DNA of 64,000 nucleotides from an uncultured delta proteobacterium. GTDB taxonomy: Bacteria > Desulfobacterota > Binatia > Binatales > Binataceae. The translations under genes and the position numbers were made by a program. Within the stretch, counting starts at the first letter, position 1, and each line of letters opens with the position of its first letter. This document shows, piece after piece, positions 55,275 to 64,000 of the stretch. The notes beneath the pieces are model-generated. The model saw nothing but the letters and a program-made list of their open reading frames with translations, searched no databases and had not been told where the DNA came from. Location of the stretch: the NCBI GenBank assembly GCA_963711565.1, contig CAVQEQ010000003.1, positions 96,001 to 160,000 on the forward strand, in the 5' to 3' direction.

Positions 55275-56042
55275 ATGGCTGCGATATCTGCGATTGTCGA
55301 GCAAATTATCGATGGGGCGGGATTCGTGCTGATGCCGAAGCTGATGGACGCGGGCGACGCGGCGTTCGCGCGTGCACGTGCGCTGGAAGTCGCCGCGTCG
55401 CCGGCTGCTTCCGAGCTCGGCAGACGCAATGAAAAGATCGGCCAGCAGCATATTCGCGGGCTGCTTGCGCATGGCGAGATATTCGAGCGCCTCGTGCAGC
55501 ATCCGGCGATTGTCGAAGTCGCCGAGGCGACGCTTGGCGACGACATGATGCTCGGCGCGTACTCGGCGCGGATTCTGTATCCGGCGGCGACCGAGATGGG
55601 AGTTCATATCGACTATCCGTACTGGGCGATGCGCGGGCCGTTCGCGCTGCGGCCGCCGCTGATGGTGCAAGTCATCTGGATGCTGCAGGATTTCACCGAA
55701 CAGAACGGCGCAACGCTGGTCGCGCCGCGCAGTCAGTTGCGATGCGCGCGGCCGAATCGCGAGGAATTCGCGCGCGAGGCGATCAAGATCACCGGCGACG
55801 CCGGCGACGCGATCATTTCGCATGGTCTACTGTGGCATGACACTTCGCAAAATCACACCGGAGAGCCGCGCGTCGCTCTGCTGATAAACTACGGCCTGAA
55901 GGTGATTCGGCCGCTCGATTCCGAGATAGCGAAAGTTCCGGCCGCCGTGCTCGAACGCGCGACGCCGAAGCTTCGCCAATTGTTAGGCTTGGAATTCGGC
56001 AAATCGCTCGCGCGCGATCTGACGAGAGGCGGGTTGTACTGA
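55275..56042 (+). CDS. phytanoyl-CoA dioxygenase family Fe(II)/2OG oxygenase
   Basis: HID, DFTEQNGAT..PRS, LWH, R. Confidence 0.85.
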   Translation: MAAISAIVEQIIDGAGFVLMPKLMDAGDAAFARARALEVAASPAASELGRRNEKIGQQHIRGLLAHGEIFERLVQHPAIVEVAEATLGDDMMLGAYSARILYPAATEMGVHIDYPYWAMRGPFALRPPLMVQVIWMLQDFTEQNGATLVAPRSQLRCARPNREEFAREAIKITGDAGDAIISHGLLWHDTSQNHTGEPRVALLINYGLKVIRPLDSEIAKVPAAVLERATPKLRQLLGLEFGKSLARDLTRGGLY

Positions 56043-56077
56043 TTCTGAAGAGCGACTCGCCTCAGCCGCCGTTTGCG

Positions 56078-56593
56078 TCATTTTCTCCAGAGGCTGTTCA
56101 ATAGCAAAGCGGCAAGAAAGACGTTCGCGTTGGGCTTGCTCTTAATAATATTCCAATCGGAGAATGCCCGCTCAGCTAGATCAATTTTTTGAAGCACGTC
56201 ATTTCGATCGAAGAGCGCGCCAGCATCGTCATCGGCTGTATGCCGAGCCTCCTGGAGCTCGACAAACGCATTAGCGATTCTCTTGAACTCTGGTTCCAAT
56301 GGAGGCATGACCAACTGATTAAGATGACGCGGCAGCGACGACGCAGCAGTCGCACGCCAATAAGTTTGACACACTTCCTTCATCCTCCCGTGATCGAACG
56401 CGCGCTGCACGCGATTGCGAAGGCCAGAGGGATTCGGAGGAGCGAGCCTTCTTGCCCCCTCCGAGGCGAGCAGATGAAATAGTGCATAGTATGCCGTTGA
56501 TACAGATCGACGGAGGCTCGCCTGTTTCGGTTTCTTCGGTTCCTTCTGCGCAAGGTGGCTCGCTTGCGCGAGAAGATCTCTTGACAGTGCCAA
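56078..56593 (-). CDS. HEPN-domain protein
   Basis: RRSVSTAYYALFH, LQEARHTADDD. Confidence 0.75.
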   Translation of the reverse strand: MALSRDLLAQASHLAQKEPKKPKQASLRRSVSTAYYALFHLLASEGARRLAPPNPSGLRNRVQRAFDHGRMKEVCQTYWRATAASSLPRHLNQLVMPPLEPEFKRIANAFVELQEARHTADDDAGALFDRNDVLQKIDLAERAFSDWNIIKSKPNANVFLAALLLNSLWRK

Positions 56594-56623
56594 AATTCGC
56601 TTTGAGTCGGGTCCGCGTTCGAT

Positions 56624-56950
56624 CTAGGCTGCGGAGCGAAGCCTGATGTATGGCTCTCGCGGCACGTTGTTCTGAAAGATCTCAGTCTTAATCGATCTTC
56701 CTAGCTCATTGATCTGACCTAACTCCCCTTTGGTCAACTTGGACTTCGGCTCGATTAATAGCCAGATCCATACGGCGGGCTGATCAGTCGAGTCTTCCCC
56801 CAACTCCACGTCAGATCCGACGATCAAGGGAAGCGGGCGCCTCTTTAGGACGCGGTTCACCAATCTTCGAATCTGCGCCTCTTCCCTGGATAAGGTTTTG
56901 TACGCAATTGCCACAAGGCAACTGTACCACTGTCGGATTTGTGCTTCCAC
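56624..56950 (-). CDS. small hypothetical partner of HEPN gene (MNT-like position)
   Basis: GEDSTDQPAVWIW...PYIRLRS; immediately upstream of HEPN gene; start may be GTG 56914. Confidence 0.6.
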   Translation of the reverse strand: MEAQIRQWYSCLVAIAYKTLSREEAQIRRLVNRVLKRRPLPLIVGSDVELGEDSTDQPAVWIWLLIEPKSKLTKGELGQINELGRSIKTEIFQNNVPREPYIRLRSAA

Positions 56951-57078
56951 GCCGGACGTTCCAACTATGAAGCGGCTTTTCGGTATGAATTGCGGTTTTC
57001 GCGGTCAACTGTCCAGTCGAAATTGCTCACCGGTTGACGGGAAAGGCTCGTTTGGACATCATTCGACGCACCATTGTC

Positions 57079-58377
57079 ATGACGCAATCAGACAACAATT
57101 CTCGCGATGATGATTTCCGCGATCCTGCTATCTCGGAAGCGTTGGCGAAGATCGCTAAGGAGCGTGGGTGGTCTGAGGAGTTGACTCGGAGGATTGCGGG
57201 GGCGCGCGTGCCGGTCTCGTCGCTTTATTCGTGGAGCTGGTTTGGGCTTTCGCTGGAGCAGACTGCGGCGCAGCTTGGCTGGTACGAGCGGATGACGACC
57301 GGCGATTTGCGCGGGCGCGACGCGACCTATGCCGACAACGAGGAATTTTCGGCGCTGTGGTCCGATTCGCCCGAGGAGATCGCCGGCTGGGAAATTATCG
57401 TCGAGCGCGGGCCGGACGCATTCGCGCAGTTCAGGCTGCAGCAGAATGTTCAAATCCCGATCCTATTGCTCGGGCCCGAGATCGTGGCGTGCTGCGCGTT
57501 CTCGCGGCGCAAGGTGCTGATCGACGGGCGACCTTTTTCGGTGCAATACGGACAGGCGCTGCGCGTGAGGCGCGCCTATCGCCGGCTCGGCTATGGCGAC
57601 CAGGTGCGGCGGCTCGCGATGCCGCCGGGAATCGCACGGCCGTCGGTCGGCCAATACGACATCATGCGATCGCAGAATTTTGCGGTGGTGAACTGGTGGC
57701 AGAAGTACAGCCCGCAATTTTTTGAGAACACGCCGACGCGCGAAGGCGCGGTACCGGGTCTCCCGATTTCCGTTTCGCAATATCCTGCCGACGCGCGCGC
57801 CGATGACGATCGCGCTATTCGGCCGGTGCGGCGCGAGGACCTGGCGGCGTGCGCCGCACTCATCAATCGCACTCACGCCGGATTAGATCTGTTCCGGCCG
57901 TACAGCGCCGAGTATCTCGAAGATGTGCTAGACGAAGGCTTCTGGGGCGAGCGGCCGAAGCCGACCGGCAATCCGCAGATGGATTGGTGGAAGAGCGTTT
58001 ATGGATGGACCGACTACTTCGTGCTCGAAGAGGCGGGACGCATCCGCGCGTGCGGAGGCCTGTGGGATCGCGGCCGCGATATGCGCGAGCAATGGCGCTG
58101 TATCGGCGGCAATGAGCATCGCTCGATCGCGATCGCATGCGTGCTGGATTTCGGATACGACGAAGGGGCCGAGGAATGCATGGCGCGGCTGATCCGATGG
58201 ATGATCGGGCGCACGCATGAGCTGGGGCGCGACTACCTCGCGATTCCGATCGAGCATCTGCCGGCACTGGTCGCGCTGATGGAAAAGTCGCGACCGGAAC
58301 TCGACACGCGCGCGTTGCGATGGGGGCTGAAGGAGCCGCCGATCAGGCGCCCCTACACGGACCTGCGCTACTGGTAG
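57079..58377 (+). CDS. hypothetical protein, probable tandem GNAT fold
   Basis: ALRVRRAYRRLGYG acetyl-CoA-binding-like motif; second IRPVRREDL repeat. Confidence 0.65.
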   Translation: MTQSDNNSRDDDFRDPAISEALAKIAKERGWSEELTRRIAGARVPVSSLYSWSWFGLSLEQTAAQLGWYERMTTGDLRGRDATYADNEEFSALWSDSPEEIAGWEIIVERGPDAFAQFRLQQNVQIPILLLGPEIVACCAFSRRKVLIDGRPFSVQYGQALRVRRAYRRLGYGDQVRRLAMPPGIARPSVGQYDIMRSQNFAVVNWWQKYSPQFFENTPTREGAVPGLPISVSQYPADARADDDRAIRPVRREDLAACAALINRTHAGLDLFRPYSAEYLEDVLDEGFWGERPKPTGNPQMDWWKSVYGWTDYFVLEEAGRIRACGGLWDRGRDMREQWRCIGGNEHRSIAIACVLDFGYDEGAEECMARLIRWMIGRTHELGRDYLAIPIEHLPALVALMEKSRPELDTRALRWGLKEPPIRRPYTDLRYW

Positions 58378-58407
58378 CGGCGAGTATCGGCAGCGTCGCG
58401 ACCGGCG

Positions 58408-58869
58408 TCATTTTCGCGAAGCAGCGCCTTTCCAGGCGGCAAGCAGCGCGGAGAAGTCGGACGGCTGCTCTTCGTAGGAGAGAATGCCATCGACCAGCGC
58501 CCACGGTTGAGCGCTCAACGTCCAGAGCTGCGCGACTGGTTTGATCCAGCTGGTGTCATCCAAAGTTCCGGCGCGAACATTGATCGTCGGGCGGCCTTCT
58601 CTCAGTGTGGATATCCGCGAATAGCAGGATGGGCATAGCAAGGAGACGTTGGAGCCGCCGCCGGGGATGGGTCGCTCTTTTCGGATCGGATTGCCCGCGG
58701 TCACCTCGAGGCCATCGGCAGGGATCACAATCGACATACTGAATGCGCTGCCGGTCCTCTTCTGACACAGATGGCAGTGGCAGATATAGGCAGTGAGAGG
58801 CGCTCGCGTTACGAGGTATCGGATCTCGCCGCAGTTGCATCCACCATGCATTGGAAGTGTGAAGGTCAT
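58408..58869 (-). CDS. GFA/CENP-V family protein
   Basis: GGCNCG, CHCHLCQK, CPSC. Confidence 0.9.
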   Translation of the reverse strand: MTFTLPMHGGCNCGEIRYLVTRAPLTAYICHCHLCQKRTGSAFSMSIVIPADGLEVTAGNPIRKERPIPGGGSNVSLLCPSCYSRISTLREGRPTINVRAGTLDDTSWIKPVAQLWTLSAQPWALVDGILSYEEQPSDFSALLAAWKGAASRK

Positions 58870-58888
58870 GATTGAGGTATCGTAGGTC

Positions 58889-61165
58889 CTAGGCGCCTTT
58901 GAGTATAGCTGTCGCCTTGTCGAGCCGGTCACTGTAGGCGTTGAGCGCGTTTGCGGTCAGCTTGGCGTAACGGTTGGCGTCGGACCAGCGGCGATCTTCG
59001 ATTGCTTCGCGGACTCCGGGTAGGGTTTTGGCTTCATAGCCGGTATAGCGGCCGGGGGCGTAGATCAAGTTCTTGTACCAGCCTCGACCCGGCAGGCCTA
59101 CATCGGGTGCCAGGGTTTGATCTATGGTCAACATCAAGGCCTGCACTTGGGCTACTTGAGAGACGGATACGTGTGACGAGTTTTTCACTAACGCTTCGTC
59201 GTAGGAGTTAGCGCTGCGCTTAAGGCGATCGACCGCGTCGTCCAGACTCGCGAACTCAACATGTGGGACGCGGTCCAGAGCCGTTGGCAGGCCACTAGAC
59301 TTAGTGGGATCGGCGGCTAGCTTGAACGCATGATCGTGTAACAGTTTGGCTTGAGTGTCGGCTTCTTCGCGCTCGTCGTCGGCTAGCTTCTTCACCTGCT
59401 CGAGATAGTCGGAGACCGCGTTCGCGAAAGCGCTCGCGTTTTGTAGTGGGAGGTCGGAGTCGGCAACGCGCAACACTATACGTCCTACAGTCTTCGCCAG
59501 CATCGCGTCATAGACGAAGCCCGGATCGACGAAGCGGGTATGATGCTCGAAGGTGTCATAGCGAGAGTGATAGACGCCGCTGGAGTGGCCTTCCTCATAG
59601 AAGCCTACATCCAGCACGGGCACACCCAGGTGATCGAGAAAGGCTGAGAAGTCGGAGCCTGAGCCGAGCGCCTCGACAGGAAAGTCTTTGTCCGGGTCCG
59701 CCACTATCTTCGCCGCGGCCCTTGCGCGCTCGGGCGCAGCGGGAGTGAGAGCGGCTACACGCAACTTCGCGCGCAGCCGATCGCCTATAGAAACTCCGGT
59801 CTCAGGATCGATCACATCAGCGGCTACCTGGTTCACCAGATGCTGGAAATCATGGCTGCCGCCCACACCTAGAAAGCCGCGCTCGTTGGAGTCGGAGTTT
59901 ATGTATAGGACTACTTTCTTCTTGAGTTCATCGGCGTGCTGCTCGGCCCATTCGGTCGAGCCCAGCAGCATCGGCTCCTCAGCGTCCCAACTCGTATAGA
60001 CGATCGTGCGCTTGGGCCGCCAACCCTGCTTCGCGAGTCCGCTGAAGGCCTTGGCCTCCGCCAGCAGAGCGACTTGACCGGACAGTGGGTCGGTGGCGCC
60101 GAACACCCAGCCGTCGTGATGATTGCCGCGGACTACCCATTGGTCCGGCCAAGTCGATCCTTTCATCGTTGCGATAACGTCATAGATAGGCTGTTGCTGC
60201 CAATCGGATTTTACCGCCAGATGGACCACCGCGGGTCCCGGTCCTACGCGATAGGTTATAGGTAGCGCGCCGCGCCACGATTGTGGAGCTATAGAACCTC
60301 CCAACGCCGCGAGGAAGACCTGGGCGTCGGCATAGGAGATTGGTATCGTGGGAATCTTCATGATGGTCGGTGCGTCCGACATCTTAAGGCGCTTGGCGTC
60401 CTTGGTTGCGCCTATACCTGGAGTCAGCGGATCGCCGGGGTAGAGACCCATATCGAGTACCGAGCCACGTTGTATGCCATGCGGCGGTCGCATAGGACCG
60501 TTGGGATAAGTCTCATCGATGGAATAACCGTCCTGGGCCGGGTCGGAGTAGATGATGCATCCGATAGCGCCGTGATCCTGCGCGAGCTTCGGCTTCAACC
60601 CGCGCCATCCGCCGCCGTAGCGCGCAATGACTATCTTGCCCTTGACGCTTACGCCCAACTGCTGAAGCGTCTTGTAGTCGTCCAACATCCCATAGTTGAC
60701 ATAGACAAGGCCGGCGGTGACATCGCCGTCGCGCTGATAGGCGGCGTAGGCCGGAAGCGCGGGATCAGTCGCGGTCGCGCTTGAATCGCCGGGGATTGGC
60801 GGCTCCTGCAGCGTGGCACTGAACTTTTGCGGGCCTATCATCTCAAGGGTCTCGCTTATAGGTTTGGGGTATAGCACCCAGAAGGTCTCGATGTGCGCGT
60901 CCCAGCCCCAATCCTTGAACCAGGCAAGGATTTGATCGGCGTTCGACTTGTCGTGCGGCGAGCTGACATGGTTTGGCTCGGCAGCCAGCAACTTCATCCA
61001 GTCGCGCAGGTCGTCCGGATGAATGAGCGCATCGAAGTTGCGTTCAACGGTTGCCTCATCAGGCGAGATGGATGTTGGCGCGGCGAGGGCCGCGCTTACG
61101 CAAAGAGCGACGGCCGCTGCGAGCGAGAGCGCTAGCTTTGAAGTGATTTTAAATCTGCGGTGCAC
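58889..61165 (-). CDS. M28 glutamate carboxypeptidase II / transferrin-receptor-like peptidase
   Basis: PA domain YVNYG, GNHHDGW..GATD, WDAEE, GSGSDF, YHSRYD; signal peptide; start uncertain. Confidence 0.9.
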   Translation of the reverse strand: MHRRFKITSKLALSLAAAVALCVSAALAAPTSISPDEATVERNFDALIHPDDLRDWMKLLAAEPNHVSSPHDKSNADQILAWFKDWGWDAHIETFWVLYPKPISETLEMIGPQKFSATLQEPPIPGDSSATATDPALPAYAAYQRDGDVTAGLVYVNYGMLDDYKTLQQLGVSVKGKIVIARYGGGWRGLKPKLAQDHGAIGCIIYSDPAQDGYSIDETYPNGPMRPPHGIQRGSVLDMGLYPGDPLTPGIGATKDAKRLKMSDAPTIMKIPTIPISYADAQVFLAALGGSIAPQSWRGALPITYRVGPGPAVVHLAVKSDWQQQPIYDVIATMKGSTWPDQWVVRGNHHDGWVFGATDPLSGQVALLAEAKAFSGLAKQGWRPKRTIVYTSWDAEEPMLLGSTEWAEQHADELKKKVVLYINSDSNERGFLGVGGSHDFQHLVNQVAADVIDPETGVSIGDRLRAKLRVAALTPAAPERARAAAKIVADPDKDFPVEALGSGSDFSAFLDHLGVPVLDVGFYEEGHSSGVYHSRYDTFEHHTRFVDPGFVYDAMLAKTVGRIVLRVADSDLPLQNASAFANAVSDYLEQVKKLADDEREEADTQAKLLHDHAFKLAADPTKSSGLPTALDRVPHVEFASLDDAVDRLKRSANSYDEALVKNSSHVSVSQVAQVQALMLTIDQTLAPDVGLPGRGWYKNLIYAPGRYTGYEAKTLPGVREAIEDRRWSDANRYAKLTANALNAYSDRLDKATAILKGA

Positions 61166-61170
61166 GCGGC

Positions 61171-62169
61171 TCAGGCGCGCAATCCTGCCAGGCAGCCAGT
61201 AGCATCCAGAATCGGATCGAGCGCGCGCTTGTCGCCTACAGCCTGATACTTTTCGCGCAAGGTCGCGAGCGATTTGGCGTGATACTTTTGCGGCTTCTGG
61301 GTCCAGGTTTTGCCGCCCAGCTCTACGCTGAATTCGTCGCGGCCGTTTGCAATCGCCGCCGCGTTAGCCACCGTCCACGGGATGAAAAGTCTGCCGACCT
61401 GACGCTCAAGCAGCGGGCTCAGCGTTGCCGACAGGCTTGACCACGGCTCGAAGTCGCCCTCGGCTCGCGGCCACAGCATGCGATGGATCCATGCGAGCAG
61501 GTTGGGCGTGGTCGCGTTGATAAGCGCGCCCGGCGTCGGGTCAGTCCATGCGTTGTAAAGTTGCCCCCACATCGCGAAGTCGGCAAACGCGGGACGATTC
61601 CCGAACAGATATGCACGCGTGGCGAAGTGAGGCTCGAGGATCGTCAGCGTGTCGCGGAACGAGTCCTCGATTTGCGGCGCTGTCTGGGGATTCGAGCCGA
61701 CGAAAGAAACGCGAGGCACCATCCGCTCGCGAACCATCGCCGCCCCGTTGGCGACCTGCGCGTCGTCAAGCGCCGGCATCATCGAGCGTGCGATGCGGCC
61801 GGCGGCCGAGAGAATATCGGCCTCGCGCGCCCAGCGGTAATGGAACATCCACTTGTTGCCCCATTCGTCGCCGAACTCCTCCAGCAACGCCGAAAGAAAT
61901 TTTGCGGCCGGTTCGGCGGGATGAATCGAGGGCGCGGGATGAAGCGCCTCGACGTACTCGATGATCGGCGTGGAATCCTGGATGCCCTTATTTTCGGGCG
62001 TGACGACCAGCGGGACCAGCGGCAGCTTCTGGTACTTCTGATACTCGCCGTCGGTATCGAGACTCCGCGGAATCCATCGGTGTGGAATTCCCTTGTAGCG
62101 GAAGTACGAGCGGACCTTTACGGAGTACGGCGAGAGCTCGATGCCGTGAATGTGGTATTCGCTGGTCAT
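61171..62169 (-). CDS. glutathione S-transferase family protein
   Basis: SPYSVKVRSYFRYK, VP, QDSTPII, YLFG.RP.FADF. Confidence 0.85.
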   Translation of the reverse strand: MTSEYHIHGIELSPYSVKVRSYFRYKGIPHRWIPRSLDTDGEYQKYQKLPLVPLVVTPENKGIQDSTPIIEYVEALHPAPSIHPAEPAAKFLSALLEEFGDEWGNKWMFHYRWAREADILSAAGRIARSMMPALDDAQVANGAAMVRERMVPRVSFVGSNPQTAPQIEDSFRDTLTILEPHFATRAYLFGNRPAFADFAMWGQLYNAWTDPTPGALINATTPNLLAWIHRMLWPRAEGDFEPWSSLSATLSPLLERQVGRLFIPWTVANAAAIANGRDEFSVELGGKTWTQKPQKYHAKSLATLREKYQAVGDKRALDPILDATGCLAGLRA

Positions 62170-62325
62170 GGTTTTAATTCCTCGACCGCGAGTATCGCAC
62201 ACAGTTGGCGTTCTTTGTAAATCCGCCGCGCTCAGGTTGTCAGCCTGCACGGCTGGAGATCGGAATGGAGAGTGCGGGGCCTCAAGCGCCATGACGCCTG
62301 GAGACCCCGCCGAGCTTGATTGGGC

Positions 62326-62589
62326 CTAGTAGCCCTTCTCGGGGACGATCGTAGTCTTGTTGGTGTCGTGCTCCGCACCGTGGCAGGCCGCGACCGTGTC
62401 AACCGGCGCACTCAAATTAGATGCGATCTGAGCGTCGGTCTGTCCTGCCGCAGCCTGCGTTTTCACAACATCGCAATCGACCGGAATATTCGATGTGGAA
62501 AACATCGAGCATCCGGGCAGTCCCGCCGCGACGATCAAAAGTCCCGATGCGGTTGAGAGCCAAAGCCTGTTGCGTACTCTTCGTTGCAT
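62326..62589 (-). CDS. small lipoprotein
   Basis: GGAGGAG RBS, lipobox LPGC, two further Cys. Confidence 0.7.
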   Translation of the reverse strand: MQRRVRNRLWLSTASGLLIVAAGLPGCSMFSTSNIPVDCDVVKTQAAAGQTDAQIASNLSAPVDTVAACHGAEHDTNKTTIVPEKGY

Positions 62590-62797
62590 AATTCTCCTCC
62601 CGGCTAAGTCAGAGTCCGTCTCTTGAGGTTTGCCTGATTCCCCACAATCACAAAACCATTCGCGCATTCTTATCATTTGCCGTCAAAATTAAATAGTAAG
62701 GCTGACGACAAGAATGAGCCGGGAGCGCGCCGAATGGTGCGTGAGCAATCGCGACGAACAGGATTGTTTTAAAGGTTCTCGCGATCCCGCGAACTGG

Positions 62798-62974
62798 CTA
62801 ATGCTTGTCTCGATTGACTGCCGAAACCGCCCTGTCGATCGTCTTTCCGATGGCATCTTTGACGTTGCCGGCAGCTTGATCCATCTTTCCGCGATTCTTC
62901 AGTTTCTTGTCATTAGTCAGTACGCCGGCCGCTTCTTCGACGCGTCCCTTAACTTTATCGGTTGTACCATTCAT
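62798..62974 (-). CDS. CsbD family stress protein, 58 aa (not in ORF track)
   Basis: MNGTTDKVKGRVEEAAGVLTNDKKLKNRGKMDQAAGNVKDAIGK; AGGAG RBS. Confidence 0.9.
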   Translation of the reverse strand: MNGTTDKVKGRVEEAAGVLTNDKKLKNRGKMDQAAGNVKDAIGKTIDRAVSAVNRDKH

Positions 62975-63019
62975 TAGTCATTCTCCTGTTGCTGAATTGC
63001 GACTTGGATATGTAGGAAT

Positions 63020-63421
63020 CTACTCATTCGCCCCGGACGCGAGCGGCGCGACAATCACCGGCATAAGCATTGGCCCGCTGGACAAGGTGCGGTCCAGTGC
63101 GCCGATGCGTCCCCAATCTTCACGCTGCCAATGCTCCAGAATCACGCGCGTCAACCACCAGACCAAAACGAAGACGATGAGCGACGCGAGCACGGTGGTA
63201 ATAACGCCGTTGAGGCTCAACACTTCCTGGTAGTGGCCGGAGACGGCGCGGCGAAATGAATCCGCTTCGATGAGACGTCCACTGACGGGAGTGAGTGCGT
63301 TGGCGACAAAGCTGGCAAAGGTCGAGTAGGCGAGGCCGGCGGTCAGTCCGGCGAGCAAGCTCAATTTCTCGGACCCGGCCGATAAATCAACGCTGAGAAC
63401 TTGGCGGCGAGGTGGTGCCAT
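63020..63421 (-). CDS. hypothetical 2-TM protein (distant MscL-like topology possible)
   Basis: GAGGAGG RBS; two hydrophobic segments. Confidence 0.6.
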   Translation of the reverse strand: MAPPRRQVLSVDLSAGSEKLSLLAGLTAGLAYSTFASFVANALTPVSGRLIEADSFRRAVSGHYQEVLSLNGVITTVLASLIVFVLVWWLTRVILEHWQREDWGRIGALDRTLSSGPMLMPVIVAPLASGANE

Positions 63422-63554
63422 GCGGCCTCCTCAAGCCTTGCGATCGTACTAATCGCGTTGGTCGAGCGGAACGTGGTCAAAGGCGAGCGGAAGGGCCACT
63501 GTCAGGCTGGATCAGGTCGGGACTCGACTCTTATATCGATACCGGCTTTGTGTA

Positions 63555-63582
63555 GTTTGGACTAGTAATTTACTAGTGTCAA
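63555..63582 (-). promoter_or_regulatory. promoter with palindromic operator in the spacer
   Basis: Minus strand TTGACA overlapping ACTAGTAAATTACTAGT, then CAAACT 17 bp after the -35 box. Confidence 0.6.
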
Positions 63583-63646
63583 GCAGAGTAAAATATAATC
63601 AACTGAGAATACTACAATACTACTAGAAATGTACTCGGCGGCACCC

Positions 63647-64000
63647 TCAGGCCGCCGAGGGAGGTAATTTGAGCCTCAGAATCGTCTCGTCCGGCGTCAG
63701 CTTGACCATCGACGCACTCGTCTCCCACAAATCCGTCGCCATCGCCGGATCATACGAGTCCTTCGACGACGGCACGTCGCGCGTGCCCTGGAAGTATTTC
63801 CCCGAGATGCGCTCGAGTCTCGGATCAGTGACTATGTTCGCGAGGGACCTGCCCGATCGCGCGACGCTGTTCACGTTCGGCACGAACGGGCGGAGGACCG
63901 GCAGCACGAAGCGCCACGCGAATCTCGCCATCATGCCATAGTCGCGCGCCAGCCCGGTCCCCGGCATCAGGCCGGGATCGAACGCGTTGACGGTAATCGA
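63647..64000 (-). CDS. C-terminal part of SDR (protochlorophyllide-reductase/WWOX-like), cut by window edge
   Basis: TVNAFDPGLMPGTGLAR, SGKYF, SKDSYD....DLWETS. Confidence 0.8.
   Translation of the reverse strand, partial: SITVNAFDPGLMPGTGLARDYGMMARFAWRFVLPVLRPFVPNVNSVARSGRSLANIVTDPRLERISGKYFQGTRDVPSSKDSYDPAMATDLWETSASMVKLTPDETILRLKLPPSAA

Noticed and set aside
1-64000. Hundreds of long overlapping or antisense ORFs in the track (e.g. 1115-2281, 9150-10529, 20481-21701, 27436-28617)
   Set aside because: Shadow frames of high-GC genes: Arg/Ala-rich, no family motifs, opposite well-supported CDSs.
1-64000. CRISPR array, rRNA, transposase, integrase, reverse transcriptase
   Set aside because: No regularly spaced repeat-spacer run or matching protein motifs seen.
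63647-64000. Light-dependent protochlorophyllide reductase implying phototrophy
   Set aside because: Only the C-terminus is visible, and this SDR subfamily is common in non-phototrophs.

Overview
GC-rich bacterial chromosome segment. Gene content and repeat style suggest an uncultured delta/Binatota-like soil lineage, but that is inference only. The core (about 9.6-34.2 kb) is a large lipid locus in two parts. The first is a hopanoid operon: tetR-hpnH-ispA-Zn-ADH-shc-dxr-hpnC-hpnD-hpnE-hpnA-CruF-like-SDR, plus hpnG and hpnK. The second is an uncharacterised head-group module: HAD, NTP-transferase, ATP-grasp, class III aminotransferase, GmhB-like phosphatase and Gfo/Idh/MocA, with a divergent CDP-alcohol phosphotransferase and B12 radical SAM pair. 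The two promoter regions share a 16-bp motif. This combined locus is the best candidate for an undescribed system. Elsewhere the window holds panBC with a three-hairpin pan-like leader and terminator, coaX, a parS site, tRNA-Pro(GGG), a TPP riboswitch before thiSGE, a sigma54-type promoter before an APC permease, and pcm-nlpD-apt. It also has three apparently disarmed toxin-antitoxin modules, two frameshifted small genes, two likely CTG starts, and several MITE/REP palindromic elements, one pair bracketing a cargo gene. I saw no CRISPR array, rRNA, transposase, integrase or reverse transcriptase. All calls were made by eye, without database searches.
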